From NCBI GenBank assembly GCA_002099625.1, contig GCA_002099625.1_4857.1: DNA of 64,000 nucleotides; one strand, 5' to 3'. Below the pieces are notes generated by a model. It saw nothing but the letters and a program-made list of their open reading frames with translations, searched no databases and was not told where the DNA came from. The translations under genes were made by a program, and so were the position numbers. This document shows, in pieces, positions 47,802 to 57,866 of this stretch; position 1 is the stretch's first letter; each line of letters opens with the position of its first letter. This DNA is from Escherichia coli (GTDB lineage Bacteria > Pseudomonadota > Gammaproteobacteria > Enterobacterales > Enterobacteriaceae).

Positions 47802-48329
47802 CTACACACTCAACGTTTCAATGAATTTGATGCGCGCTGGGTGAAATGTGTGATAAACAGTTACTGGCGCGTGCGGGCCTTCGGCTGCGTGTATTGCGCC
47901 ATCGTATCCGCTCAGCAACAGATGGTCATATATCGCACTACAGTTATACGCCACCGATGCCCATAGTGGTAACTTGTCAAACTCTTTAGGGTGTTGGTGG
48001 TAAACCTCCATCAAACCCTTTTCAGGATGACGCTCTTGGATACGCTCCCACTCATTTGTTTCAATGAGCAAGTTCCCTTTCTTCTGTGCAACTGTCTGGT
48101 ATTGATGCGGGGAAAGAATCTCGCGGAAATTACCGATATCGACGAACGGGTCAGTAGGATCGTTGATAAACGGATTGGTGATTTCCAAAGAAACGTGGTT
48201 GATTAGCCAGCTGGGATTCGCTTTAACAATTTCAGCAGGGACATCGATGTCTTTATAGACAACTTGAGAACGTGAAAGGTTAGCCTCAACAAACGGCTTA
48301 TCAGTAACAATATAACCTTCGAGTTTCAT
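47802..48329 (-). CDS. Hypothetical protein (175 aa)
   Basis: ORF in array. Confidence 0.5.
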   Translation of the reverse strand: MKLEGYIVTDKPFVEANLSRSQVVYKDIDVPAEIVKANPSWLINHVSLEITNPFINDPTDPFVDIGNFREILSPHQYQTVAQKKGNLLIETNEWERIQERHPEKGLMEVYHQHPKEFDKLPLWASVAYNCSAIYDHLLLSGYDGAIHAAEGPHAPVTVYHTFHPARIKFIETLSV

Positions 48330-48892
48330 TATAAGGCTCCTTTAAAGTGATATGTTAAGCTTTCTACGAGATGGCAGGTTTGGCTTTCAAAGAAGTGTAA
48401 AATGGGCTCAATGGGCACACCGCCGAGATTATAGACTATTACGTCCTGCTTTAATCCGGCCTCGACTTCGCTAAGAAACGATTCGGTTGCGAGTTCACTC
48501 TCTGACGAGGAAAGGGTAATCGTTGTTTCCCCGTCGCCGCTGCTACCAGAGACATCCTGTAAACGCAAAACGGTCGGTACAGTTTTACTGATACGAATAT
48601 CTGGCGGGAGTGTAACCTCCAGTAGCGGTGTACGGACTTTACGCGCAAGATAGTTGGTGAATAGATTGGGATCAAGCTCACTGACGCCACAGCAAATGCA
48701 GTTCAGTAAGGTCGACAAGCTTGTCGTTTTGCGTTCAAATATCCCCTTGATCTGTTTGGCTTTATCGCTATAAAGGAACACCAACAGCTGGTCGGGGTTA
48801 TCCGGTAAATCACTTTCAACCCCTTCCCACTCCGGATCGTTGCGGATGTGCTCTTGCCAGATATCGTTTCGAATTTCTAGTAAACGGAACAT
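48329..48892 (-). CDS. Hypothetical protein (187 aa)
   Basis: ORF in array. Confidence 0.5.
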   Translation of the reverse strand: MFRLLEIRNDIWQEHIRNDPEWEGVESDLPDNPDQLLVFLYSDKAKQIKGIFERKTTSLSTLLNCICCGVSELDPNLFTNYLARKVRTPLLEVTLPPDIRISKTVPTVLRLQDVSGSSGDGETTITLSSSESELATESFLSEVEAGLKQDVIVYNLGGVPIEPILHFFESQTCHLVESLTYHFKGAL

Positions 48893-48901
48893 ACGCTCAC
48901 C

Positions 48902-49483
48902 TTACGCAATGTAAATACCACGGTGGTTACGGAAACCGTGTTCTTCGGTAAGGTAACGCGCATAGGTGTGCTCAACGGATGGGGTGTAGCAAACCAGATG
49001 CAGTTCCTGACCTTCAGCTAGGCCCGGTAACATGACGTTTAGCCAATCCATCCCGCCGTTCTGCTGTAACGTATCTTGCGACAGCGTTAGTGGCTGAACA
49101 ATATGCGCTGGGTTACTGTCGTCTTCGCTTTTCGTAAAACGAAGAATAGCCGGACGGGAACCATCTACTAGTACCGTGCGTGGTAAGTCAAAAGCAACCA
49201 CCTTCGCTTTCTGTTCGTAGGATGATTTATAACGACGTAACAGTCCAATATCGGTATCTAGTACGGTAGCCATCACGTTATACAGCATCACTAGACGGTC
49301 GTCGTTATCGGTGGTGACGTGTTTTACGAACACCAACATCGGAACACCTTCGCGTTGGAATACCACGAAGTCTGCTTCTTTGTATTTCTCGCAACCTTCT
49401 ACTACCCGTGGGGCTTTCACGCGATAGCGGCGGGTCAGTTCTTCGTAGTTCATTTCATGTTGTTCAATAATTGGTTGTGGCAT
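48902..49483 (-). CDS. Hypothetical protein (193 aa)
   Basis: ORF in array. Confidence 0.5.
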   Translation of the reverse strand: MPQPIIEQHEMNYEELTRRYRVKAPRVVEGCEKYKEADFVVFQREGVPMLVFVKHVTTDNDDRLVMLYNVMATVLDTDIGLLRRYKSSYEQKAKVVAFDLPRTVLVDGSRPAILRFTKSEDDSNPAHIVQPLTLSQDTLQQNGGMDWLNVMLPGLAEGQELHLVCYTPSVEHTYARYLTEEHGFRNHRGIYIA

Positions 49484-49504
49484 GGTTAAATACTCTTTAC
49501 GGTT

Positions 49505-49533
49505 AAAAAATAAGAAGGGGGTACAAGACCCCC
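49505..49533 (-). terminator. Intrinsic terminator (minus strand)
   Basis: Stem GGGGGT / ACCCCC; T-run on the minus strand. Confidence 0.45.
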
Positions 49534-49543
49534 GATGACGAGA

Positions 49544-50782
49544 TTACAGTAAACGCAAATCAGCGACAAACAATAGTTGACGGCCGTACTTAGTCACTTC
49601 TTTCCAGCCATTGTTAACACCCCATTTGATGATGGCATCGTAATGCCACTGTTTCAGTTCGTTGGTACCCCACGCATCCCGTACCGCCTTCGCCGACATC
49701 AAATAAGCAGGTTCGGCAACGGAGCGCATTTCAGAATCTGGCAGGCGAGAAACAACGGAACTGTTCACACGTTGCAGTGTACCGGACACTTGCACCCAGA
49801 ATGCGGGCGATACCATATTTGTCGGTCGACAGTCAAATACCCAGGCCGTGTCATTTTCACTGGCCGGGGTCTTACGCTTATAGATGCTTAACAGTATTTC
49901 CGATTGGATAACTTCGCGGAAAACGTTAAGAAGGGTGACGACCTTCTCATTAACCACCTCACCCTTTTCGACCTTATAGTAATCTTTAAGGTTTCCGGGC
50001 TCTGTTATCGGCATTACTGACCAAACATCGGCGTCTAACATCTCACCGAAATAATGGTTAGCGTTTTCATCAGATGTCCAGAACATCGTATTGCCATCAT
50101 TGGCTATGGTGACTAGATCACGCAGTGCTTCCTTGGTGTCTTCGTCAATTTCCACAGGTTTGGCTGCTTCTCGCGGTGCGTTTTTCGTGTAGAATCTGCG
50201 CTTGCTTACCGCTCTATTCCATACGGTAGTAATTTGGTACGCAGTGAATTCGGGGAACTGCTGCACTAACACTTCCGCATCAACATCGAGTCGCTCTGAA
50301 TTAAAGTTTTGTAATTTCTCATTAAACCCTGTATTCAGCTCTCCGCCAGTCCACCAGTTGCTATCGCTTAGTGCAGGCATGTCAGGTGTTAACTCGAACA
50401 CCGGTTTACCGGTCAGCAGAGTAAGAATGTAGTGCACCCACATTGTGTTACCCTCAGCAATGGCGCGTCCGATGTTTTGATTACCCGATAGGTAAGCTAC
50501 CCGCGAATCCCCTTCGAATGTCATGGTTAACTCAACCCACGGCGCTAAGTCAGAGACGTGGTGGCCTAAACGGCACTTTACTTCCCCTTTGTCAAGCAGC
50601 CTCTTTTCGACAACGGTTGAGAGCTTTTGTGGCAGGTACGCACAATCCTGCCACGTTACGTCGCTGTAAGCCATACTCCGAACACTGAACTGCATTCCCA
50701 ACAGTACAATTGAGTTAGTAATTACTGCATTAAAGAATGCTTCTTTCGGTGTCTGGTAAACTAATTCGTATTCGTTATACAT
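49544..50782 (-). CDS. Hypothetical protein (412 aa)
   Basis: ORF after a hairpin terminator. Confidence 0.55.
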   Translation of the reverse strand: MYNEYELVYQTPKEAFFNAVITNSIVLLGMQFSVRSMAYSDVTWQDCAYLPQKLSTVVEKRLLDKGEVKCRLGHHVSDLAPWVELTMTFEGDSRVAYLSGNQNIGRAIAEGNTMWVHYILTLLTGKPVFELTPDMPALSDSNWWTGGELNTGFNEKLQNFNSERLDVDAEVLVQQFPEFTAYQITTVWNRAVSKRRFYTKNAPREAAKPVEIDEDTKEALRDLVTIANDGNTMFWTSDENANHYFGEMLDADVWSVMPITEPGNLKDYYKVEKGEVVNEKVVTLLNVFREVIQSEILLSIYKRKTPASENDTAWVFDCRPTNMVSPAFWVQVSGTLQRVNSSVVSRLPDSEMRSVAEPAYLMSAKAVRDAWGTNELKQWHYDAIIKWGVNNGWKEVTKYGRQLLFVADLRLL

Positions 50783-50902
50783 TTGGTATTTCCTTTAAAG
50801 TACACTAAAGTGACCAAAAACTGTTACTAAAGAACAGTTGGTGTTTAAGCGACTGTGGGTTTATACACAATGCTCACTAAGATGACATCTATCTGTAAAA
50901 AC

Positions 50903-51220
50903 TTAGTATACAACCAGTACGATGCAGTCATCGATAGCCAGATTCAGTAATGCGTAGTCGTTACTTAACCGCTGGTAACGCATCCCTTTTTCAAACTGAC
51001 TTAGTTGTTCAGTCGGCATGACGTATACCGCGCTTTGCACTACTCCCGTAAACAGTTCGTTGTAGAACTGGTCTACTTCCCCGACTTTGTAAAAGCGCAT
51101 TCTTTGATTGTTAGCAAAGACGCTGTCTAGCTTCCCGTTACTGGCTTTCTGTACCGCAGTAAAGGCACTGTCTGCATCATTACGCTCTAATGCACTTTTA
51201 ATGGTTTGAAATAAAGACAT
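50903..51220 (-). CDS. Hypothetical protein (105 aa)
   Basis: ORF diverging from the plus-strand gene at 51401. Confidence 0.45.
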   Translation of the reverse strand: MSLFQTIKSALERNDADSAFTAVQKASNGKLDSVFANNQRMRFYKVGEVDQFYNELFTGVVQSAVYVMPTEQLSQFEKGMRYQRLSNDYALLNLAIDDCIVLVVY

Positions 51221-51380
51221 GGTACTGCACTCCTCGTTAGGTTAAAAGTCAAGGTCAACTACAAAAAGGATGTCGGTATCCTACGGATACCTCCGTTTAT
51301 GTTCGCATCCAATACATAAACCCCCTTACCCCCGTACTCTCCTCGATTGTCAAACGATGAGATCGAAACGTAAAAAAGTG

Positions 51381-51390
51381 TAGTATGAGA
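51381..51390 (+). promoter_or_regulatory. TAGTATGA element upstream of a plus-strand gene (candidate promoter core)
   Basis: TAGTATGAGA 11-20 nt upstream of ATG 51401; similar element at 54101..54110 and a TATTATGAG variant at 21675..21684. Confidence 0.3.
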
Positions 51391-51400
51391 GGAGGGTGGT

Positions 51401-52333
51401 ATGAATAAATCTAAGTCAGGGTTGCACATCTTCTCGATAGGTATCGTCGCGGAAGATAAACCTCGTGGTGCCACTCGAGTTAAAGTCATCCCTATCGAAG
51501 TTAACTTTATTAATCCTACAGCTGTCGATGCAACAGAGACACCTGTAGAGAAGCAACACAACAGTTTAAGTGGTACTGACAACCTTACTGTAAAGCAAGG
51601 TAATGCCATCACTGCAAAATGGATGAAGTCCAACAGCAACCGGGTTAACCCTCCGGATGTGAAAAAAGAAGACTACGTAAGAATCTGGCGTATCGGTGAA
51701 ACCGATATGTACTTCTGGGAAGATTTAAACAACAGTAACGTTAAGCGACTGGAAGATGGGGTATACGCCTGGTCTGCTGACCCAGTAAACCAGATGGCCG
51801 ATGACCTCTCTAACGCCTACGTACTGAATATCTCCCCGATGGATGGTCACGTTACTTTACGTACCAGTATGACTAACGGTGAGAAAAATGCGTATTTGCT
51901 CCAGCTGAATACCCGTGATGGGTTTTGCCAGTTAGTGGATGACGAAGGGCGTAAGTTCTACCTCAATTCTCCGGAGGATGACTTAGGGTTTGAAAACGCC
52001 TGCCGGTCGAAGATTAATATCAATAAAGAGGACGCTTTCATTTATGCTAAACGTTCTATTAATCTCGAGACAAAGACGATTAACGAGAAGTGCGAAACTC
52101 GCAACTCTACAGCGTCGAAAAACATGGCATGGACGACTGAAGACTGGAAGACCACATGCCCAACGAATCTATTTACCGGTAACCTGGAAGTAGGTAAGAA
52201 TTTCCTCTATAACGGCAAGGGTGAGGGTAAGGGCACATTCACAGTTACCGAATCGGTTATCGGCGGCATCACCTTTACTCTTCACGTACATACTGGCCAT
52301 GGTCCGGGCAACGACACCAGTACACCGCACTAA
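51401..52333 (+). CDS. Hypothetical protein (310 aa)
   Basis: ORF with GAGGAGGG RBS; TAGTATGA motif 11-20 nt upstream. Confidence 0.55.
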   Translation: MNKSKSGLHIFSIGIVAEDKPRGATRVKVIPIEVNFINPTAVDATETPVEKQHNSLSGTDNLTVKQGNAITAKWMKSNSNRVNPPDVKKEDYVRIWRIGETDMYFWEDLNNSNVKRLEDGVYAWSADPVNQMADDLSNAYVLNISPMDGHVTLRTSMTNGEKNAYLLQLNTRDGFCQLVDDEGRKFYLNSPEDDLGFENACRSKININKEDAFIYAKRSINLETKTINEKCETRNSTASKNMAWTTEDWKTTCPTNLFTGNLEVGKNFLYNGKGEGKGTFTVTESVIGGITFTLHVHTGHGPGNDTSTPH

Positions 52334-52372
52334 GTTATTTACGTGTGTGGGGTATAATGTGACAATAAACCC

Positions 52373-52424
52373 CTAACTGTAACGATAACCCGAATCGCTT
52401 GTGCACAGTTAGCCACTTTTTTCG
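52373..52424 (+). terminator. Possible long-loop hairpin terminator after 51401..52333
   Basis: Inverted repeat CTAACTGT / ACAGTTAG (52373..52380 and 52405..52412) followed by TTTTTT. Confidence 0.3.
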
Positions 52425-52540
52425 CACAAAAGCCGGTTTATTGTCAACTAATTTACGAGTCGGGGCAGTTAATATGCCTCGAAGTACAAGTAGTTGAACA
52501 TAGGGTTCTTCTGCTATCATTTGTTAATGGAGATAAGTAA

Positions 52541-52750
52541 ATGAGCATTCGTGAAATCACCGCAGGCAGCGACGTTTCTGGTCTGGTAGAAGCAGGCACC
52601 GTTCAGGTTTCTGGACTGAGCACCGTTACCGAAGTTACCGAAGCGCTGGCTAAGAAAGCCGAAGCTGAAGGCGGCGTAGCATTTAAAGTTACCGCTTGCG
52701 GCGGCAACAACAAAATGTTCGGCAACGCCATCTATTACATAAACGCGTAA
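52541..52750 (+). CDS. DUF1471 (YhcN/BhsA/McbA-family)-like small protein without signal peptide (69 aa)
   Basis: GTVQVSGLSTVTEVTEALAKKAEAEGGVAFKVTACGGNNKMFGNAIYY matches the enterobacterial BhsA/YdgH pattern GTIS..G....LEE.LA.KA.E.GA..F.IT...G.N..HGTA.IYK (recalled from memory). GGAGA RBS; an in-frame stop immediately upstream excludes a signal peptide. Confidence 0.55.
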   Translation: MSIREITAGSDVSGLVEAGTVQVSGLSTVTEVTEALAKKAEAEGGVAFKVTACGGNNKMFGNAIYYINA

Positions 52751-52761
52751 TCGGCCTGCGG

Positions 52762-52820
52762 GCAAAAAAGATATAGGTACCCTACTCCCGTTGGGAGTAG
52801 GGTTTACCTTTTATTTTTTT
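52762..52820. terminator. Bidirectional intrinsic terminator
   Basis: A-run, stem TACCCTACTCCC / GGGAGTAGGGT (52778..52804), 9-T run. Confidence 0.6.
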
Positions 52821-54073
52821 CGTGCTTTGTAGCGATGCATTTCAACAAATGGCTTACCCCAAGCCCCGAAAGGCCCGACGATTGCCTGCGCGTCGTTTAC
52901 CAAATTCTGGTTATACCAACGCGCGTTCCCCAACAAAAAGTTTTCCCGGTCGAAGAATGTGGTATTAAAGACCCACTCCCCTTCTTCCCAGGTCGGCCAG
53001 TACCCTACACATTTACCAATACGGTTAAAGATAGGACCTAGCGTCTTCTTCCCATCTGGGTCAGTCGGGTCTTTTAAATAGAACCGGCCCCAGATAGCGT
53101 TGTGGCTTATTCCGTGAATCTCTTTTTCGAGATACGGGTTGTCTATCGTAAAGATAAACGAGGATTCGTGCGTCAGCAACGCTTTTAACGTTTCTGAGTT
53201 ACGAATACGTTGAACGGACGTAGGCGTACTTAAATCACCTACACCGATGGCGTCCCAATCGTAATAGCGACGGGTTTCCAATACAATCTTCGCCACGCTA
53301 AGGTTTGGCAGACTCAGCATAATCGCACGGTCGCTGAAATAGCCCTGCGGTGGCAACCAATGCAGAATACCCCCGATGACGAACCCAACGGTTTTCCCTG
53401 TAATGGAATCGGGTAAGGTCAGCATTAACGAAGAATAGTAATCTCGCGTAGTATCGAGTTTGTTCATCGTTAAACTGGATATGGGGTAGGTCTTTACTTT
53501 ACCGATATTTGCCATCACCAGACAGCCAATGTCTGGCGTATTGGCACGCCGCACGATATTACCAGCGCCGGTTAAGCGAACGCCCACTGGGTCAGATTGG
53601 TGAGGTACCCACTGGCCATTGATGTTGTACAGCACCCCAGTACGGTATTTCTCTTTCCACTCATCGTCGCAGACTACAACAACGTCGTGTGCATCATCGG
53701 GATTGAAGTCCTGAGTGTAATGGTACCCAGGAGGGCACAGGTGCGTTTCTACGGGCACATCTGCATTAATAGACTGGTAGTGTGCCTCAACGAATTCGAG
53801 CTTCGGTAGGCCCTTCCCAAGCGTTGGAATCGCGATTCCTGACTTGGTGTTTAACCAATCTTGCAACGTGTCCGTACGGTTTTGTAAATCAGCCAGGTGA
53901 TACTGGCTATAGAAGGTATATTCAGCACCTAGTGCTTCTAGTCCTACTTCGAAAAAGTGGTAGTTAGCACAAAGGGTATTTAAGGGCTGCGTGACATCGA
54001 TGGTTCCCCAAGTTCGGGTGTCTCGAGAGAAGCCAAAAGCGCTGTCGGCCCGCACTTGATAAGCAGTAGTCAC
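52811..54073 (-). CDS. Hypothetical protein (420 aa)
   Basis: ORF between a bidirectional terminator and the plus-strand structural block. Confidence 0.55.
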   Translation of the reverse strand: MTTAYQVRADSAFGFSRDTRTWGTIDVTQPLNTLCANYHFFEVGLEALGAEYTFYSQYHLADLQNRTDTLQDWLNTKSGIAIPTLGKGLPKLEFVEAHYQSINADVPVETHLCPPGYHYTQDFNPDDAHDVVVVCDDEWKEKYRTGVLYNINGQWVPHQSDPVGVRLTGAGNIVRRANTPDIGCLVMANIGKVKTYPISSLTMNKLDTTRDYYSSLMLTLPDSITGKTVGFVIGGILHWLPPQGYFSDRAIMLSLPNLSVAKIVLETRRYYDWDAIGVGDLSTPTSVQRIRNSETLKALLTHESSFIFTIDNPYLEKEIHGISHNAIWGRFYLKDPTDPDGKKTLGPIFNRIGKCVGYWPTWEEGEWVFNTTFFDRENFLLGNARWYNQNLVNDAQAIVGPFGAWGKPFVEMHRYKARKK

Positions 54074-54100
54074 TGGCTGTTTCCTCTAAGGATTCGGGTC

Positions 54101-54110
54101 ATAGTATGAA
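54101..54110 (+). promoter_or_regulatory. TAGTATGA element upstream of the 1237-aa gene
   Basis: ATAGTATGAA about 30 nt upstream of ATG 54141. Confidence 0.3.
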
Positions 54111-54140
54111 CTCGACGCCCTCAGAGAAAAGGAGTGTAAA

Positions 54141-57100
54141 ATGGCTGTCGTCCCTGACCCGCACTATCAAGAACCGGGGAATATGCAGACCGGTGAAGCG
54201 GTAACGCCGATCGGTACTAAGTACCGGATGTTGTTCCCCGCACACGCCCCCTTTTATACCACATCCCTGGTGGTCAAGAGTGGCGGCAAGAAATTAACAT
54301 TAGGTGATGATTACGTCATCACCCATGCGTACGTTACGGGCATGGCACGCACTGGCCATGTTTGTCATGGTGGTGTGTGGATTACCAACCCGAAATATCA
54401 GAGTGGCTTTACACTCGATTACCACGCAATTGGCATCGGTGAAGCCACTGCAGAAATGATCGCCGCAGAACGAGAAGCGAATAAAGATCGCTATCCCGTG
54501 GACTGCCAATGGGATAACGTCATTGGGGATTTATATTTCCCACCGGTCGATATTAAGTTCGACTGGGAAAACTGGCGTGGCGAATCCGAGTTGATGGAAG
54601 CCATTGTTGCGGTTGGCGCTAAGCTCGGTGAAGCGATCAGTCGCGTTGACCCGATTGCTCGTAACACGTTAGACCTTCAATATCGCGCCGGTGTCACGCT
54701 TATCACATCCGAGCAGTATGCGACGTACGACGGTACTGGCGGCTACACGTATAACGCGAAACGTCGTCGTTATTCGTTATCTTACCAGAACACGACGTTC
54801 AATGCGTATTCGTTAGCGGTAAAACACCGTTTACCGAGCATTCCACCGGAAACAACGTTAAACCCAGGCGAGTTGATCGATTGGATGCTCTGTTACGCAA
54901 ACGGTGGGACAAGTATCCTGCGTCTTCAGTTGAAGCAACGCGCGATTTATCTTACCTTAACGACGGCGATTGGTTCTGGTTCGTCTAATTACAGCTATAC
55001 GTTGACGACTGGCCTGACCGATACCGAGTTGGCGGGTGATATTGAGCTTAGCGTGGTCAGACGCGAAGGTAACGGCGTTTACGACATTACCGTTAAAACA
55101 AGCAAGCAAACCGTTAACTACAGCTTTAACGTTGACAACCCACCGAGCGAATTTGCACCAGGGTATCAGAAAACTGATGTCGCAAAATGGTTGAAGTTTA
55201 AATCGGGCGTCAACCTAAACTGGTGGGCAGGTGAGAACGATTACGTCCAGATTCGTTCATTACCAGGCGCACCGGCACCTGACGTTAACAACGACGTGTA
55301 CCAGCTGCTGGTAAAATATCACCAGATTGTCGATAAGCTGTACCGTGATGCACCGGCACATACGCACGTGCCGCGCAAGGATAACCCACATCGCGATTCG
55401 TGGGGCGCAATCCGTGCTTTGGAGAATAACGGTATTGCTTCGGACGCGACACTGGTATACGGAAAAACGCAACCGCAGCTGACAGATTACGTTAACAATC
55501 TGTTGCCGAAACTGTCAACGCTGGCGAATAAGCTTTTACGTTTACCGGCGGCTGCACAGTCTATCAACGGCACTTTCGGTATGAGGCCTGGCCTGACTTC
55601 GATAACGTCAGCAGTGGGTACCGATGAGTCTGAAGGAGTGGGTGCACAATTCACGGTTGACCCGAAGGTTATCCGTTTTATTGGACGCGATTCGCAAACC
55701 GTTAACGCCGGGAACAATCCGATTACATGGCAAGGTGGGGCTAACCAACTCATCCTTTATCCGGATTCCCGTGGATTGGAGTTCAACGGTAAGAAACTAT
55801 TGGACCCTACTACGGTCGGGCCGTACCTGCCGGGTAACGAGTCAGGTGGTGATGGACTGTTTTACGGAACATCCACAGCTACTGTAACCATTAACGGCAA
55901 CGGTATTCAGTCTGTTCCGTTCATTTGTACTTTTGTTCCACCGGAGTCCGACGACCTTGGCCTGATGGCTGTCCGTTTGTTGGCTACTGAATTCGGTGAT
56001 CGTGAGGACTTGGCCGCAACGCCGGCACTCATCAAGAAATTGGATCAGCAGTTTACGGGCAAGTTGGTTGCTGTTAAATCGTACATCAACGACATGCCAC
56101 TGACGAGTTCTATTTACATCGATAAAACTAACTTCGGCTTATCGAACGTACAGAACATCCCAGATGTGCAATTGCCGATTTCCCCGCTCCAACGAGCTGA
56201 GCTGGACAAGTACGCAGTCGTCGGTCACACACACACTCCTGCTGCGCTCGGGATTAAGCGTGCAACAACGACGGAGTTCGGTTTAGTACAGTTCGGCACC
56301 GCGGTTGACGATGCCACGCTGGCATTAGACGGCGGTGAGGTCATCCGACAGGCGGACGCCATCACAGAGATAGAGAAGGTTGCGAAGACAGTCGACTCTG
56401 GTGCTTCAATCAACATTATTCGTTACGGTTTACCCGGCACGGACATCATTGAAAACGGCATCACTTACACCGACTGGATGGTTACTATTAAAGCGAACGA
56501 TTATTTCGTTGGTCGCGAGTACAAAGTACCTCTCTCCACATTTAACTTGGCGGAGCTATTCCCAGCGACGCACGAAGATGCTGAGTTTGGCGTGTATGTT
56601 GACGCGGCGGGCGATGACGGCAAGTACATTATCTACGAAAATCCAAACACGGCAGAAACTGAGACGATGACCAAAATAGGTTCCATCATCACCAGTGAAA
56701 CCGGTGTGGTTTTTGTAGAAATCCGCAACGTGACGCGTTTAGGTGAGTTCCGTGAATTAGGCGAGCATATCGAGGATGATAACGCCCATATTCGTCGGGG
56801 CATGACGCAAGCTGAATTCGGATTTACTTACGGTACTGGCGGGCCTGTGTGGTCCACGGGCGCACCGGGTACAAAACGTATAGATGCCGATTGGCGTTAC
56901 GCGCAGGCTAGCAGCTATACACCTATGTTGAAAGCGGACTACGATCCGGCTGCTGATAAATGGACGTTTAAAACAACCAGTTTATCTGTAACCGATTATC
57001 GTTTTGTCCACAACACATTCCCGATGTTCCAGAATAACGGCATTACCGCAACGTGGACACCTTTAACCGCAACAGCGGACAGTGTGCTAGAAACGGTAAT

Positions 57101-57854
57101 TGGGTGTTGCCATCACTCGGCCACGTTCATGCACCGTATTTCTGTACTCGTCGCACGCACCGCAGGACGTATTACCACTCCAGGCGGCGTGAGCACGTAT
57201 GCGGGAATCGCGGTTAACTACGGACGTGCTGCACAGGTTGTTATTGGTCTGAATGGCGTTACTGGTGCCGGCCATGACTGGACGGCACTTAATCCATCGG
57301 TGCGTTTCAGCCACGCGCGAACAGCGGACGGTATTTCGTTCGTGGGAACGATTAACATCGATTCCAAAACGATTAACTTTGAGCTGACGCTAACCGCGAC
57401 AACAAAGACGCTGAAATACACCTTGCAGTCGACCGGCGAGTCGTGGACTGAGGATTTGTCTACCCGTCTCCGTCCTGACTATATCGACTTGACGAAACTG
57501 ATTACCGATCCGAGTACGCCGATTTATCACGGCGTGGGTGGTTTGTTTAGTTCCGACACAGAAGCGCGTTTGACTTACGCTAACCTGAACACGATGCCGA
57601 CAAAGAATCGTTATTACGCCACGTTCCTTGACTATGCGATTAACTATTCCGGCTTAAACCGCGCAAGATTCTTTACTGGCGTGGTGGATGCAGGTTCAAC
57701 GATCAATGAGATGAACAGCGCGATGTGCAACTATTCATACAGTTCGTTCCGACCAGTGGATACAGGTAAAATTCCACTGGTGGCACACCCGTCCAAGATG
57801 ATGACGTTCAATCCGAAAAACACGTCAGGTCGAACACTTATTATTCGTGATTAA
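54141..57854 (+). CDS. Large hypothetical virion protein (1237 aa), tail-fibre-like
   Basis: Long ORF with AAGGAG RBS, Thr/Gly/Asn-rich composition typical of fibre or receptor-binding proteins. Confidence 0.65.
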   Translation: MAVVPDPHYQEPGNMQTGEAVTPIGTKYRMLFPAHAPFYTTSLVVKSGGKKLTLGDDYVITHAYVTGMARTGHVCHGGVWITNPKYQSGFTLDYHAIGIGEATAEMIAAEREANKDRYPVDCQWDNVIGDLYFPPVDIKFDWENWRGESELMEAIVAVGAKLGEAISRVDPIARNTLDLQYRAGVTLITSEQYATYDGTGGYTYNAKRRRYSLSYQNTTFNAYSLAVKHRLPSIPPETTLNPGELIDWMLCYANGGTSILRLQLKQRAIYLTLTTAIGSGSSNYSYTLTTGLTDTELAGDIELSVVRREGNGVYDITVKTSKQTVNYSFNVDNPPSEFAPGYQKTDVAKWLKFKSGVNLNWWAGENDYVQIRSLPGAPAPDVNNDVYQLLVKYHQIVDKLYRDAPAHTHVPRKDNPHRDSWGAIRALENNGIASDATLVYGKTQPQLTDYVNNLLPKLSTLANKLLRLPAAAQSINGTFGMRPGLTSITSAVGTDESEGVGAQFTVDPKVIRFIGRDSQTVNAGNNPITWQGGANQLILYPDSRGLEFNGKKLLDPTTVGPYLPGNESGGDGLFYGTSTATVTINGNGIQSVPFICTFVPPESDDLGLMAVRLLATEFGDREDLAATPALIKKLDQQFTGKLVAVKSYINDMPLTSSIYIDKTNFGLSNVQNIPDVQLPISPLQRAELDKYAVVGHTHTPAALGIKRATTTEFGLVQFGTAVDDATLALDGGEVIRQADAITEIEKVAKTVDSGASINIIRYGLPGTDIIENGITYTDWMVTIKANDYFVGREYKVPLSTFNLAELFPATHEDAEFGVYVDAAGDDGKYIIYENPNTAETETMTKIGSIITSETGVVFVEIRNVTRLGEFRELGEHIEDDNAHIRRGMTQAEFGFTYGTGGPVWSTGAPGTKRIDADWRYAQASSYTPMLKADYDPAADKWTFKTTSLSVTDYRFVHNTFPMFQNNGITATWTPLTATADSVLETVIGCCHHSATFMHRISVLVARTAGRITTPGGVSTYAGIAVNYGRAAQVVIGLNGVTGAGHDWTALNPSVRFSHARTADGISFVGTINIDSKTINFELTLTATTKTLKYTLQSTGESWTEDLSTRLRPDYIDLTKLITDPSTPIYHGVGGLFSSDTEARLTYANLNTMPTKNRYYATFLDYAINYSGLNRARFFTGVVDAGSTINEMNSAMCNYSYSSFRPVDTGKIPLVAHPSKMMTFNPKNTSGRTLIIRD

Positions 57855-57866
57855 GGAGATTTTTGA

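Noticed and set aside
52353-52358. Perfect TATAAT hexamer suggesting a sigma70 promoter upstream of the DUF1471 gene
   Set aside because: No acceptable -35 element at 16-18 bp spacing; phiKZ-like phages are thought not to depend on host RNAP; kept only as a note.
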